Shown here piece by piece: positions 13,684 to 26,245 of a DNA stretch of 64,000 nucleotides (position 1 is the first letter of the stretch; every line of letters begins with the position of its first letter). The notes below the pieces were generated by a model. It was not told the DNA's origin and made no database searches. It saw only the letters and a program-made list of their open reading frames with translations. Origin of the DNA: Octopus sinensis (Eukaryota). Location of the stretch: contig NW_021835562.1 in the NCBI RefSeq assembly GCF_006345805.1, positions 2,558 to 66,557 on the forward strand, read 5' to 3'. The translations under genes were made by a program, and so were the position numbers.

Positions 13684-14179
13684 CATATGTAATATATATA
13701 TGTACATACATAGATACATATATATATACATATATATATATGTATATAAAGTATTATATATATATAATATAATATATATATATTAGTATCTAGTATGTAT
13801 GCATATCATATTTATATATATAATGTATATAATATATTATATATTATCATATATATATATATAATTATATATATATATATATATATATAGATAATATATA
13901 TACTATGTATGTATGCCATCATATATATATATATATTATATATATATATATTATCTATTATTATAACAATGTAATAAAAGAAATACATTCGTTTTTGTTT
14001 TGGCTCTTCTTTTTTTTGTTTAGTTCTGTACTTGTGTGCGAGTTTGTCCGTGAGAGAATGTGAGAGAGAAAAGCAAAAAGAGAGGGAGGGAGGGAGAAGG
14101 GAAGGGAGAAAGGGTGGGCGTCTCCAAGTGTCTCCTTTTCTGATACTGTATTTGTATAGACACGTTAGAATTATAAAGA

Positions 14180-14222
<43 letters not shown>

Positions 14223-14223
14223 G

Positions 14224-14293
<70 letters not shown>

Positions 14294-14400
14294 CATAGAT
14301 AGATAGATACATAGGTGGGTAGATAGATAGATAGATAGATAGATAATACATACATACATACATACATACATACATACATACATACATACATACATAAATA
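13455..14400. repeat. (TA)n, (TG)n, (TAGA)n and (TACA)n microsatellite cluster
   Basis: Direct inspection. Confidence 0.9.
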
Positions 14401-14780
14401 AATAATTATACGATAGACGTATACGAACAATAAGATATTAAGTAAAATTTTAAGCCATCTAAGCGAGATTGTTAATAATCTTGAGTACTCAAGTACTTAG
14501 TCAGTGCTCTAATTTCTCTGTGAATATACTTATAGAGATAGAGAGGGAGAGAGAGACAGACAGACAGACAGACAGAAAGACAAATACATATATATATACA
14601 AAGATGTATACCTACATGTATATATTACACATTTATGCAAATAAATATACTCATACATAAAGAAAAACATATACATATACGTATACACTCTCGCACAGGC
14701 ATATATTCACACTCGCCGCATACTTGAATATACATATACATATATGTACATATGTATAGAGGTACACACACACACACATG

Positions 14781-14828
<48 letters not shown>

Positions 14829-15067
14829 CACCCTCCTATCAATCAACACACAACCGCATATCTATCTACGAACACACATATATATACAAATATATACATA
14901 TATAAATATATATGTGTGTGTGTGTTTATGTGTGTGTGTTTATGTATGTATGGTGTAATAATTACAATAATTTGACTTGTATGTATGAATATTCGAATTT
15001 TCCACTTGGTGGGTATTGTCGAAAAATGTAGATATGAAAACTGCTAATGAGAGTATGAGGATATAAA

Positions 15068-15215
15068 TTTTAAAAAAGCACCGCCTTAAACGGTTTTAGT
15101 CGAAGAAATCGACCCTAGGACTTATTCTAACGGTCTCTTTTGCCGAACAGCTAAGTTACGGGGACGTAACACACCAGCATCGGTTGTCAAGCGATGTTGG
15201 GGGGGAAACACACAC
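15068..15215 (-). mobile_element. SINE family B, 3' fragment
   Basis: Matches CCGAACCGCTAAGT...CAGCATCGGTTGTCAAGC of the family B copies. Confidence 0.75.
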
Positions 15216-15219
15216 AAAA

Positions 15220-15268
<49 letters not shown>

Positions 15269-15287
15269 CATTATATATAATATATAC

Positions 15288-15319
<32 letters not shown>

Positions 15320-15364
15320 ATATATATATATAATAATATCTAATATATAATATATATATATAAA

Positions 15365-16965
15365 ATAATATGTTACAATTACTCAATAGTCAAGATAAAA
15401 CTCTGAGTTTCAGATGCCGAAGTGGAAATCTACAACACCATCTCTTCGGTTATCTGGCCATCTGAAAAACGCTATGAAAAAATACCGTTATATAATGGGA
15501 AAATACTGTGTTATAATTCTGCTACTTATATAAATTAAGATTAAAAGTTCATAGTAAACACGTAAACATGGCTAGTCATACGCTCACATGTGCGCTCGCG
15601 GACCCACGTGCATACTTATACGTCACTATGGAAACGTACACATCTTCACTCGCATTTTTCGCCAAATGTATACGCATATATATACAAACTCATACACACA
15701 CACGCGTACCGTAAAAGTTCATACATACGTCTATATACGCACAAGCAGAAGAAAAAACATGGTTAAAGGTAACAGAAAAAACATAAAGAAGTATACAAAG
15801 CGTAAAAACCACGTTCATATACGGACATGCCCTTATGCACTCATACACACACACGCCCATATATGTACATACCCGCACATGTTTATATACGCATACACAC
15901 ACACGCATACACAAAAAATGAATATACATATGCCCCCTAAAAAAACCTTTAAAAATTGTAAAAATACTAAGTAAAAACGTCTATATATATATGCATTCTT
16001 ATGCCCGCACACACGCACACATCTAAAACTGCCCACTCATACATATTCACACACGTGTACAAATAAATCTATATACACATCTATATAGGCACAGGAAAAA
16101 ATGCAGGATGGAAGAGTACAGAAAAAATTATTATGTGTGAAAATATAAAAATATATGAAATAATAAAAGGTATAATGAAATAAAAAACTTTTTTGGACAT
16201 AATATAGAAAGCAAGTTTTATCTGTTTTCTTTAGAGGACCAAAAACGTAACAAAAATTTTGTCACGTATGGGCATGATCCGAAAAGTTCTGTCCTTGAGT
16301 TTAGACATGTAGTAGGGTCTAAGCTGCTTTTCCAGATAAGCCATCTCTCCATGTCGCATAGACCGCACTTTCTCGCTGCCGTTGGTGTAGGGCTGTGGGC
16401 TTACATTGGCCAAAATCTCCAATGGATGTTATAATTGACACCTTCATCTTTTAAAGACCTAATATGATTAGATAATTTTGTCGCTTTTCTTTTGTTCCAG
16501 TGCCTAAAACTCAAGGTGTGGTTATTGCACCTGGCCTTGAAATTACTCTCTGTAAAGCCCACGTATTTCTTTGGCGAAACGGTGTCTTTAGTGGTTATAG
16601 AGTCCACGGTAGCTTCATAGATGATGGTCTCGGACATGCATGCTCCATTTAGCGGGCACAATTTTTTATTCCTGCATGAACAGCTGTTTTCTTGTTGTGA
16701 CTAGCCATGTTTACGTGTTTACTATGAACTTTTAATCTTAATTTATATAAGTAGCAGAATTATAACACAGTAATTTCCCTTTATATAACGGTATTTTTTC
16801 ATAGCGTTTTTCAGATGGCCAGATAACTGAAGAGATGGTGTTGTGGATTTCCACTTCGGCATCTGAAACTCAGAGTTTTATCTTGACTATTGAGTAATTG
16901 TAACATATTATTTTATAGATAATTTCCTCTACATAATATTGAGTTCTCTTTCTTTCTTTTGTTAT
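15365..16965 (-). mobile_element. 5'-truncated Penelope-like element: GIY-YIG remnant (about 16205-16696), 3' pseudo-LTR (15365-15578) and inverted copy of it (16697-16965)
   Basis: CSCRNKKLCPLNGACMSETIIYEATV...KYVGFTESNFKARCNNHTLSF...TKLSNH is a PLE GIY-YIG signature. The about 210-bp segments 15370-15578 and 16697-16905 are inverted copies. Confidence 0.88.
16821..16883 (+). ncRNA. Hammerhead-like motif in the PLE pseudo-LTR
   Basis: AGATAA-CTGAAGA-GATG(22 nt)CATC-T-GAA-ACTC-A-GAGT-T-TTATCT: stems I, II and III all form, but there is an extra U before GAAA. The 15.4-kb copy has CCGAAGA. Confidence 0.5.
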
Positions 16966-16984
16966 CTTACCGTTTTTACCAATA

Positions 16985-17160
16985 TATATATATATATATA
17001 TGCACGACGGACTTCTTTCAGTTTCCGCCTACCAAATCCACTCACAAGGCTTTGGTCGGCCCGAGGTTATAATAGAAGACATTTTCCCAATGTGTCACGC
17101 AGTAGGATTGAATCCAGAACCATGCGGGTGGTAAGTAAGCTTCTTACCACACAGCCACGC
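16985..17160 (-). mobile_element. SINE family B, 5' half
   Basis: Reverse complement of GGCTGTGTGGTAAGAAGCTTACTTACC...GGAAACTGAAAGAAG. Confidence 0.8.
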
Positions 17161-17299
17161 CAGCTCAACCTAATTTCGCAAAAGTTGCAAAGTACATTTA
17201 TCCGAAACTACTAAAATATATATACAATATTTACACACCGATGCATGATCTGATGATTCTGCCAGCTCGCTGCCTTAAGAATAATAATAATCCTTTCTA

Positions 17300-17730
17300 T
17301 TATTTTGTTACCCTTTAAAATGGAAGATAAGAAAGTTCATTTTTAGCACTTGATGCTTTTTTTTTCCGTAAAAGGAAAAATGCCTCACAAGCAACCAAAG
17401 AAATATGCGCAGTTTACGGTGATGTTTCTTTATCTGAAAGAACTGTACGGAAGTGGTTCGCAAAGTTTCGAGCTGTAGTTTGTAGCCTTATTGATAAAGA
17501 GTGATCAGGCAGACCACCCACTACAGATGATAATCAAATCAAGTCATTAATTGAGAATAACCCACATTGCACAACCCGAGAATTGACAGAAAGCCTCAAC
17601 CTATCAAAATCCGTCGTTCATGAGCACCTGGTAAAGTTTGAGTACACAAATTGCTACGATGTTTGGGTACCACATGAGTTGAGTAAATAATAGGGATCTT
17701 CATAGAAAAAAGAACCCTTTTTGAAATAAA
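17300..17730 (+). pseudogene. Mariner transposase N-terminal (HTH) remnant, same family as 907-1475
   Basis: ATG at 17320: MEDKKVHF*HLML...NASQATKEICAVYGDVSLSERTVRKWFAKFRA...; frameshifted. Confidence 0.85.
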
Positions 17731-17814
17731 TAATATAGATAATAGATACTATATATATATATATAGATATATATATATATATATATATATAAGATATATT
17801 ATGTATCTATAAAA

Positions 17815-18025
17815 TAATATGTTAATTACTCAATAGTCAAGATGAAACTCTGAGTTTCAGATGCCGAAGAGATGGTGTTGTGGATTTCCACTTCGGCATC
17901 TGAAACTCAGAGTTTTATCTTGACTATTGAGTAATGGTAAACATATATTTATAGATAAATTTCCTCTATTTACATAATTATTGAGGTCTCTTTCTTTCTT
18001 TTGTTATCTTACCGTTTTTACCAAT
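17815..18025. mobile_element. Fold-back copy of the PLE pseudo-LTR
   Basis: About 45-bp inverted arms TTACTCAATAGTCAAGAT...CAGATGCCGAAG / CTTCGGCATCTG...GACTATTGAGTAA between (TA)n tracts. Confidence 0.8.
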
Positions 18026-18041
18026 ATATATATATATGTAG

Positions 18042-18072
<31 letters not shown>

Positions 18073-18081
18073 GTATATATA

Positions 18082-18123
<42 letters not shown>

Positions 18124-18259
18124 TATAATACGTCTATATACATGTATATATATGCGTGTGTTGTGTATATCTATATATATATATATATATATATACAGAC
18201 TGACAGACAGACAAACAGACAGACGACAGACATATAGATAGATAGATAGATATATAGAT

Positions 18260-18324
<65 letters not shown>

Positions 18325-18594
18325 GAGGATGAAAGTGAGAGGAATGATTTTAACAGATAAAGACAGGAGGACATTCAATGCTATGTTGGTGGTGTTGAAT
18401 GTAATATTGTAAGCAGTGAAAATGTTTTGTGGCTGCAGTGAAAATGTTTTGTGACATGAACTAATTCTAAAGTAACATTCAACACTCATCTAAGGTCACC
18501 CATCTGTTTTACATAACGTATCCTTCTCTACCTGTGTAAGAAACCTGGATTTAATTCGATCAGTCTGCGTATCAACTACATACATATTATATAT

Positions 18595-18626
18595 GGAGTG
18601 GCTGTGTGGTAAGTAGCTTGCTAACC
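18595..18626 (+). mobile_element. SINE family B head, continued at 24040-24410 beyond the Tx1 insertion
   Basis: GGAGTGGCTGTGTGGTAAGTAGCTTGCTAACC; the SINE resumes with AAACACATGGTTCCAGGTTCAGTCCC at 24056. Confidence 0.9.
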
Positions 18627-19017
18627 TCACTGACAGAAGAGTGACTTTACTTACCGTACTACGGTTTGGACGCGTTTTCTTCCCGGTAAGAGTTTTGCTG
18701 TGTTGTTAATTGTTGAATTCCTACTACTGAAAATTTGCTTTTAAACGTTGCTGAACTGTCTTGTTTTCCGGTTTTTAGGGAAATAATTGAATAATATTCT
18801 TACCGTTGAACTGTTAGCCACTGTGGCTTTTTATTTACGTGACTATATATAGTCCTGCCAGACTATTTCCGTGCCCCTCCCCCGAATGGGGGGTGGGAAT
18901 TGGAATTTTTGAACTGCTTTTTTGAACGACTTTGGAAGAAAAACTTTCTATAGGTTTCCCAGTTTTGTGGGAAACCAATACTCGTAATTTTTGTGTTGTC
19001 TAATTTCAACAGAATAA

Positions 19018-20135
19018 TGTCTGTTGAAATTATTCACGAAAGTAGTGCTCTTGAGGAGAGCAATGTTAAAAAATTTTCTGCGGTAGCCGCAGTGGCTACC
19101 GAGAACATTGACATCGATGTCAACCGCTCGTCGAGCTATTTAAAAGAATGCAAAGGAGGGTGGTGATGTTAAAATATCACCCTCCGCCAGTATCGTGGAG
19201 ACCGAGAAGCGGACGTAGTGTTTAAAACTTTCTGTCCACAAAGCAGAAGGTTCAAACACTTTGAAAAAGCACCATCGAGAAATGCCTGTCCCCGATTGGA
19301 AGGACATCGTGTACGTCGCCAGGGGACGGGCATATGGCACTGTGGATGTCCGCTTCTCGGGGGAAGAAATGGCCCGCGGGCATTCTGTGAACCCCCTAAA
19401 AACCAAGGAGGTGGTACTTTTTCCAAGCTATAGGGGACGCAGGACGTCCCGGGTCAGGATTGTAGAAGCCCCGCCGGAAGTAGATCCGGTAGAGGTAGTG
19501 GCCGCCCTGTTATATAAAAGGGCGGACAAATAAAAATACTAGAAGTAACATGCTCTACCCCTCGATTTTGGCTCGGGCGTAACATTAATATATAATTCAG
19601 GAACAGCGGAGGACCTGCAGCTCCTTCCTGAGAGGGTGCTCGTGGGCGAGAACGTAGCCCTCAGGGTACAGGTCGAAGGGCCGAAAACCCACCTGTTACG
19701 CCTGCGGCAAAAAGGGCCACATTCGTGTAGACTGTCCAGACAAGCAAAAGAAACCGCAGACACCAGGCCCCTCAGATAAAAAAAGTCCCTACCCTTGCAA
19801 ACACACCTACCCCTACAAAAACAAAAAATCCCACTCCTGCTGTTACGGTGCCAACCCCAAAACAGACTGAAGAAAAAACCCAGCCCTCGCACTCACAAAC
19901 CCCTACACTATTAAAACCTCCACCCCTTAAAAACTGCGGCGCCTACCGAACAAACTATTGCTACCCCAGACGATACCATGGGGTATCAGAGGGGGGATTT
20001 ACACCAGTTCGTAAAAGAATTCGTGCAGCATCCCCGTCCACATCCCCTCAAAAAATAATAAAAACAAAGACACACCACAGACACGGAAAAAAAACCGCTC
20101 AACTGGCCCAGAAAAAGAAGACAAAAAGAAAATGA
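19018..20135 (+). pseudogene. Tx1 ORF1 (gag-like), frameshifted
   Basis: Zinc knuckle CYACGKKGHIRVDC (CX2CX4HX4C) at 19694-19735; upstream fragments in several frames. Confidence 0.75.
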
Positions 20136-20418
20136 ACTCATATTAATTGAATTCGACACACAGACAAATACATAAACGATATTGTGGTTCAGCATCAGTC
20201 AGCAAGACTGTACAACAAACAAAGATCGAAAAAGAACACGCGTGGATTGCGGAAACAACGTTCAAACAATTAAAAGACAGACACCCAAACGCATCCGGCA
20301 TATCGCGAACTTGCCGGACTATCTGAGAAGAGAGAAAGAAAGAAGGGGCCCACAAACGTGTGGTGAGGTCGGCCCCCACCTCTCCAACGAAATGTAAGTA
20401 GAACTTTTACTTTTTGTA

Positions 20419-23400
20419 ATGGCTTCGCTTAACCTTGGTTGTTTAAATGTGCGTGGTTTGAGTTCGAAGTGGAAGCAGGCTTGTTTCCTCGACGACCTCA
20501 GATCACATGATATACATGTGATGGTTGCTACAGAGACCAAGCTGGACAGCCTACAAACCTTCTCACCTCTCCTGAATGGCTACGAGAAAATCATGTGTCT
20601 CCTGGCCACCGGAGGGCGAGGGGGCGTAGTGGTACTGATCCGTAAAGACTTGGCTCTACAGACATGTACAGTCTATGTAGACCCAGAAGGTGGGCTGGTC
20701 GTCCTTGATGTGACATACAGCAGTAAGGCCTTCAGGTTGATCGGACGCTATGCACCTTGTGCTAGAGGTTTCCAAACTGATTTTTATCGGCGCCTAGAGG
20801 GCTTTCTCGTGACGTCGAAGACTTTAGTGATATTAGGGGACTTTAATGCTATCGTTGACGTACACATCGATAGCGTTGGCTCGATCTATAGGAAAGTAAA
20901 CTCACGTCTCGTGGATCTGCTTAAGCGGTTTCAGCTAGCAGATCGTTACAGACTTGACCATCCGAACGTCCCAGAGTGGACCTGGATGAGTGGCGACGGA
21001 AGGTTCAAGTCTTATCTAGACAGGATAGTGATAAGAACTAGAGAGAAGTCTAGTTTTAGTTGTCCACAGCTCGTCCAGGTGCCCTATTCTGACCATAAAA
21101 TGGTCACGTGTAGACTGGACATAGATAGCACACTTAAGATAGGAACCGGCTACTGGAAGCTGAACAAGTCTATTTTGACACGCGAGGCATACCGTAGCCG
21201 GATTAAGGTGTTAGTGCAGAGGGCGTTAACCGGAGCCGTGGTTAATAACCGGTGGTGGTTCACCCTCAAAAGAGCCATTCGATTCGAGTCCATTAGATTT
21301 AGTAAACAACTAAGACTAGATAGGGCTAGAATAGAAGGGCAACTAGTTAAGAACTTAGAGGAGGCGTTGAGGTTGGGCTCTGCATCTCACATTTTGGGCG
21401 AGAACGGCATTAGACCGTCACCTCAAAACCAAACATGAGGGATGTAGAGTCCGGGCTAAAGTAGGAGCATTGGGCCGTGTGAGGGAATTAATGTTGCCGG
21501 ATGGGCCCGTACGATAGAAACACAGCGTGGAAACGATGCCACAATTGGGTTTCTTGTTGATGAAAACGGAATGCACGATCAAGAAGCGGGACGAGAATGT
21601 GTGAGGCACTTCACAAGCACTTCGCCGAGTTGTTCGGGAGGGGCGGGACGCTGGATCATGGTGAGGCCCTTAGGGACTTCCTGTCTGGTGGCCCGCGCCT
21701 CTCGACACGAGAGGCTGAGTGCTGTGAAGGGCCAATCACAGCCGAGGAAGTAATTGGGTGTTGGGCAAGTGCCCCGGGGAGAAGTCGCCGGGTCTCGATG
21801 GTCTGCCCTATGAATTTTATAGAAGTATGCCAGATGTTCGGGCACCTGCTGGCTAGCGTCTACGCCAACTGGCAGCAGAATGGGAGAATTCCCAAGTCTG
21901 CGAGCCGGGGGGCGGTGACGTTGATCAGGAAGGACCCGAACAAGGGGGACGAGATAGGGAACTTCAGGCCCATAACTCTTTAAACACAGAGTTAAAGATT
22001 CTGGCCAAGGTGCTAGCAAAAAGGTTGGCGCGGGTCGTGGACAAACTTGTCGGGGAAGCGCAAACGTGCGCTATCCCCGGCAGAACGATCCACGACAATC
22101 TCCACCTTATACGCTACTCCTTAGAGAGGGTGGGGAAGCTTTCTGCGCAGGGGGAGCACTGGTACATTTAGACCAGTCCAAAGCATTTGATAGGGTCGAC
22201 CATCGGTACCTGGCGGCGGTCCTCGGAGAGGCTGGCCTAGGCCCGACCTTTCGAGGTTGGATCGCTGCTTTGTATAGCGACATCGAGTCTGTAGTCAAGG
22301 TGAACGGTTCCTTTTCGAAGCCGTTCAGGATCGAGCTTTCAGTTCGTCAAGGGTGTCCCCTGTCCTCGCTCCTATACGTATTGGCTCTTGAGCCTTTGTT
22401 GCGGAAGTTGGAGGCACTAGGGGGCGCGCCGCATGATCTATGGTGTGGAAGAGGAGCTACGGCGTATGCGGATGACACCTCCATCATCGTGGCAGACGAA
22501 GGCCAGCTTCCAGTGGTGGAAGAGGCCATCAAAAGCTACGAGGCGGTGGCAGGAGCAAAGGTTAACAAGGACAAGTCGGTCGGTTTGCAACTCGGCACCT
22601 GGAGGGGCAAGCCGATGCCGTCCAATAACGTCGTAGGGCGTTGGACGGAAGGTCCTGTTAAGCTGCTCGGAGTCTGGTTCGGGCCAGACCTCCAGATTGA
22701 GAAAAATTGGAGTGAGGTGGCCAACAAGGTGACCGCTCTAACCCAGACCTGGTCTGGGCGGGCGTTATCCCTGCTAGGGAAGGCGGAGGTGGTGCAGATG
22801 TTTATAGCATCAGTAATCACCTACCGTCTGACCGTGGTGCTTGCCCCGATTTGTGGATGAACAAGTTGGAGAGAATCCTTTTCCCGATTTTTGTGGAAAG
22901 GAGGAAAGCCACTTGTAAAGCGCTCTGTCTGCTGCCAGAAACCGCTAAAGGTGGGCTAGGGATGCCTTGCTGAGGATGCGAAAACTCGCGTTAAGGTTGA
23001 GGCACCTCTGGCTTTACCTGGATGGAGAGCAGGTGTGGTCGCCGCACGTCCGGTTCTACCTTCCCCAGTTAACATCCCTAACGGACATCGGTGCATGGAT
23101 CAAGCGGAGACCTAAAACTGAGTGAATGGGCATTTGGAGTGCCGTCAGGCGCTCCAGCTACTATCTCGGGTGGGCAACGCCGGCAACAGGAGTTCCACCA
23201 CGGATTTCTATAGCGGGTTGTGGAGGATTAGTCCGAAGACGCCTTGGGGGAGACCCTGGGCTACGATGAAAATCAGTTGGTCAACCTGTTCCGGAGGACG
23301 TTCGGGCCGGGGTATCTGGATAATTACCAGAAATCCCTGGCCTGGCAGTGTTTCCGTGCGGCTTTACCTGTTCGCGACAAGCTGTCAAGGCACGGTAGTG

Positions 23401-23813
23401 CCGTCTCGCCGACATGCCCGCGATGTGAGCAGGATAGGGAGACCGTCTTGCACGCATTCGTGGAGTGTCCGGAGTTATCGGGCTGATAGCTTTTGTTGAA
23501 CAACTGTTGTCAGTGATGGGAAGAGTACAGCTATCAGCTGAGTCTATCATCGAGATTGTGCCGCCCCCTTTCCTTAACAGGGAAAGAAAGGCTTTTTTTT
23601 CTGTGTAGTAGCCATACTGAAAGAAACAGTATGGAAGACGCGTACCAAAGGTATAGTGACAGGCACCTTTGTCTCCGGCCAGGGTTGATTAACTTTTTTA
23701 GTTACCACCTCAGTAGCAAAATCAGGCTGGAGAAGAGGTGTCTGTCACGAGATATGTTTGTGAAAAGATGGAAGCCTGTGGCATACAAGATGGGTATGTT
23801 TGGCACCAGGTAG
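20419..23813 (+). pseudogene. Tx1 ORF2: AP endonuclease, reverse transcriptase and zinc knuckle, broken into several frames
   Basis: LNVRGL, ETK, GDFN, SYLDRI, SDH and GYWKLN (APE); FRPITL, LDQSKAFDRVDH, VRQGCPLS and YADD (RT); CPRC...ETVLHAFVEC (about 23380-23470). Confidence 0.92.
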
Positions 23814-24039
23814 TGTGACCGGATCAGAAAGTAAAGGTTCTACCCGGATGGCTGGGTGTCCGTCCTTCGACATGATCATTAATATTTTTAAACATTGCCT
23901 TCGTAAAATTCATGTTTATAATCTTATCCGTAATTTCATTCGAAAATTGTAACTGTGTTAAGCTACTTCACCCTTTATATTTGTCTGTCCTTGTTTGTCC
24001 CCTCTTTGTAAATGCCTAAATGGCAAATTATATGAAATA

Positions 24040-24410
24040 AAGTAGCTTGCTAACCAAACACATGGTTCCAGGTTCAGTCCCACTGCATGGCATCTTGGGC
24101 AAGTGTCTTCTGCTATAGCCCCGGGCCGACCAATGCCTTGCGAATGGATTTGGTAGGCGGAAACTGAAAGAAGCCTGTCGTATATATGTATATATATATA
24201 TATGTGTGTGTATGTGTGTGTGTTTGTCTCCCTAGCATTGCTTGACAACCGATGCTGGTGTGTTTACGTCCCCGTCACTTAGCGGTTCGGCCAAAGAGAC
24301 CGATAGAATAAGTACTAGGCTTACAAAGAATAAGTCCCGGGGTCGATTTGCTCGACTAAAGGCGGTGCTCCAGCATGGCCGCAGTCAAATGACTAAAACA
24401 AGTAAAAAAC
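24040..24410 (+). mobile_element. SINE family B body and tail, with internal (TA)/(TG) tract
   Basis: Matches 43284-43650. Confidence 0.9.
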
Positions 24411-24835
24411 AAATTTTTTTAATAAAAATATATGTATGTATATATATATATATATATAGACACACAGACACAAACAAACATATAAATATATATGTATATA
24501 CATACACACGATGGGCTTCTTTCAGCTTCCGTCTACCAGATCCAGCTCACAAGGCTTTGGTCGGCTCGAGACTATAAAAGAAGACACTTGCCCAAGGTGC
24601 TACGCAGTGGGACTGAACAATACTGGGAGTAAGAGAAGTGGAACGAAACGACGAATCGAATCGACCCCGACCCCGACGCGAACTTGCTGTCAGACAATAA
24701 TGTAATAAATAAAATATATGCATACATACAAACATATATGTACGTACCTACATCTGCATGTATATATACATGCATATATAATATATATACGTGAGTACAG
24801 GACAGCGCAACTAGACGTAGAACTCTACGAAAAAC

Positions 24836-24889
<54 letters not shown>

Positions 24890-25091
24890 TATATAATATA
24901 ATATATATATATATCACCGTGACCGACCAGGCGATCAGAAGTTGCTACTGATATCCTGTACCCATATATGCATGTATATATACATATACATGTAGGTATG
25001 CACATATATATGTATGTATGTATGCATATGCTTTATTTATTAAATTGTTATTATATGATCGAACGCCAGGCGTCCTCTTCCAAGTAAGTTT

Positions 25092-25125
<34 letters not shown>

Positions 25126-25149
25126 CATCTCATGTTTGATCTTTGACCT

Positions 25150-25385
25150 CTGGCCGAAATCAGATCGCCATGTTGATTCGTTAGCTACTGCACGCATTTT
25201 TTTTCTCTCCTTCTTTCTGTGTTTTTCTCTCTCTGTGTATCTTTCTGTTGAAGAGCGTAGGCTCGAAACGTTAAAGACTTGTTTTATTTATATTTCCTGA
25301 GCGCCATACTAATACAATTGTTCGTTTGTTTTCCACCTGCCTTCGTCTTTTGTTTATTTTCATAAAGCTTCCCGTTATATATATA
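25150..25385 (+). mobile_element. Short non-coding PLE-type repeat with hammerhead-like motif at 25240-25277
   Basis: TCTTT-CTGTTGA-A-GAGC-GTAG-GCTC-GAAAC-GT-T-AAAGA; homologous to 30540-30722. Confidence 0.6.
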
Positions 25386-25659
25386 AGTATATGCAAGATA
25401 CATATGTGTATTTACACACACAACACACATATATGCATACACACACACACACACACACGCACACTACGAATTTTATAACTTTGTGTACTTGATCTTACTA
25501 CACTTATTCCGACTAGAGGACTCAATATAGCTTTCGGTCTAAAATGATATTATTTTTTTATGAATGGGGATCGTTTGCACCGGGTTTTCACAGTTAGTGG
25601 CATTTCAAAAGCCTGCATCTGCAAATCTTCTAAGTAAACAGCCACCACTGGCAATAAAC

Positions 25660-25829
25660 AACATCACAATATACATACATATACACACTATATACATACA
25701 ATACACATACATATACACACACACATGTATATATGTGTGTGTATGTATATATATAATACATATATATATATGTATGTATGAATCTATGTATGTATACATG
25801 TATATATATATATATATACATATACAACA

Positions 25830-25865
<36 letters not shown>

Positions 25866-26026
25866 GTGTATGAATGTATGTATGTATACATGTATATATA
25901 TATATATATATATACACACGCACATACACACACACACACATATATATATATATATGAATGTATGTATGTATACATGTATATATATATATACATATACACA
26001 CACATACACACACACACACACACACA

Positions 26027-26073
<47 letters not shown>

Positions 26074-26245
26074 CAGACTTGTAAACCCATATGCGTATGT
26101 GTGGATATGTGTGGGATTGCGAGGGGCTTACCGACGTGTCGTGTCTTTCCCCTGTCTGTCTGTCTCTCTCTCTCTCCCTCTCTCTCTCTCTCATTCTCTC
26201 TCTCACTTTTTCTTCTCTTTCTCTCTTCTCCTCTTTCTCTCAGTA
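25660..26245. repeat. (TA)/(CA)/(CT) microsatellite cluster
   Basis: Direct inspection. Confidence 0.85.

Larger units (their letters stand above)
18627..24039 (+). mobile_element. Full-length (about 5.4 kb) Tx1-clade LINE, inactivated by frameshifts
   Basis: Bounded by a 16-bp TSD AAGTAGCTTGCTAACC (18611-18626 and 24040-24055). Contains ORF1 with CCHC and ORF2 with APE, RT and C-terminal CCHC. Confidence 0.93.
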
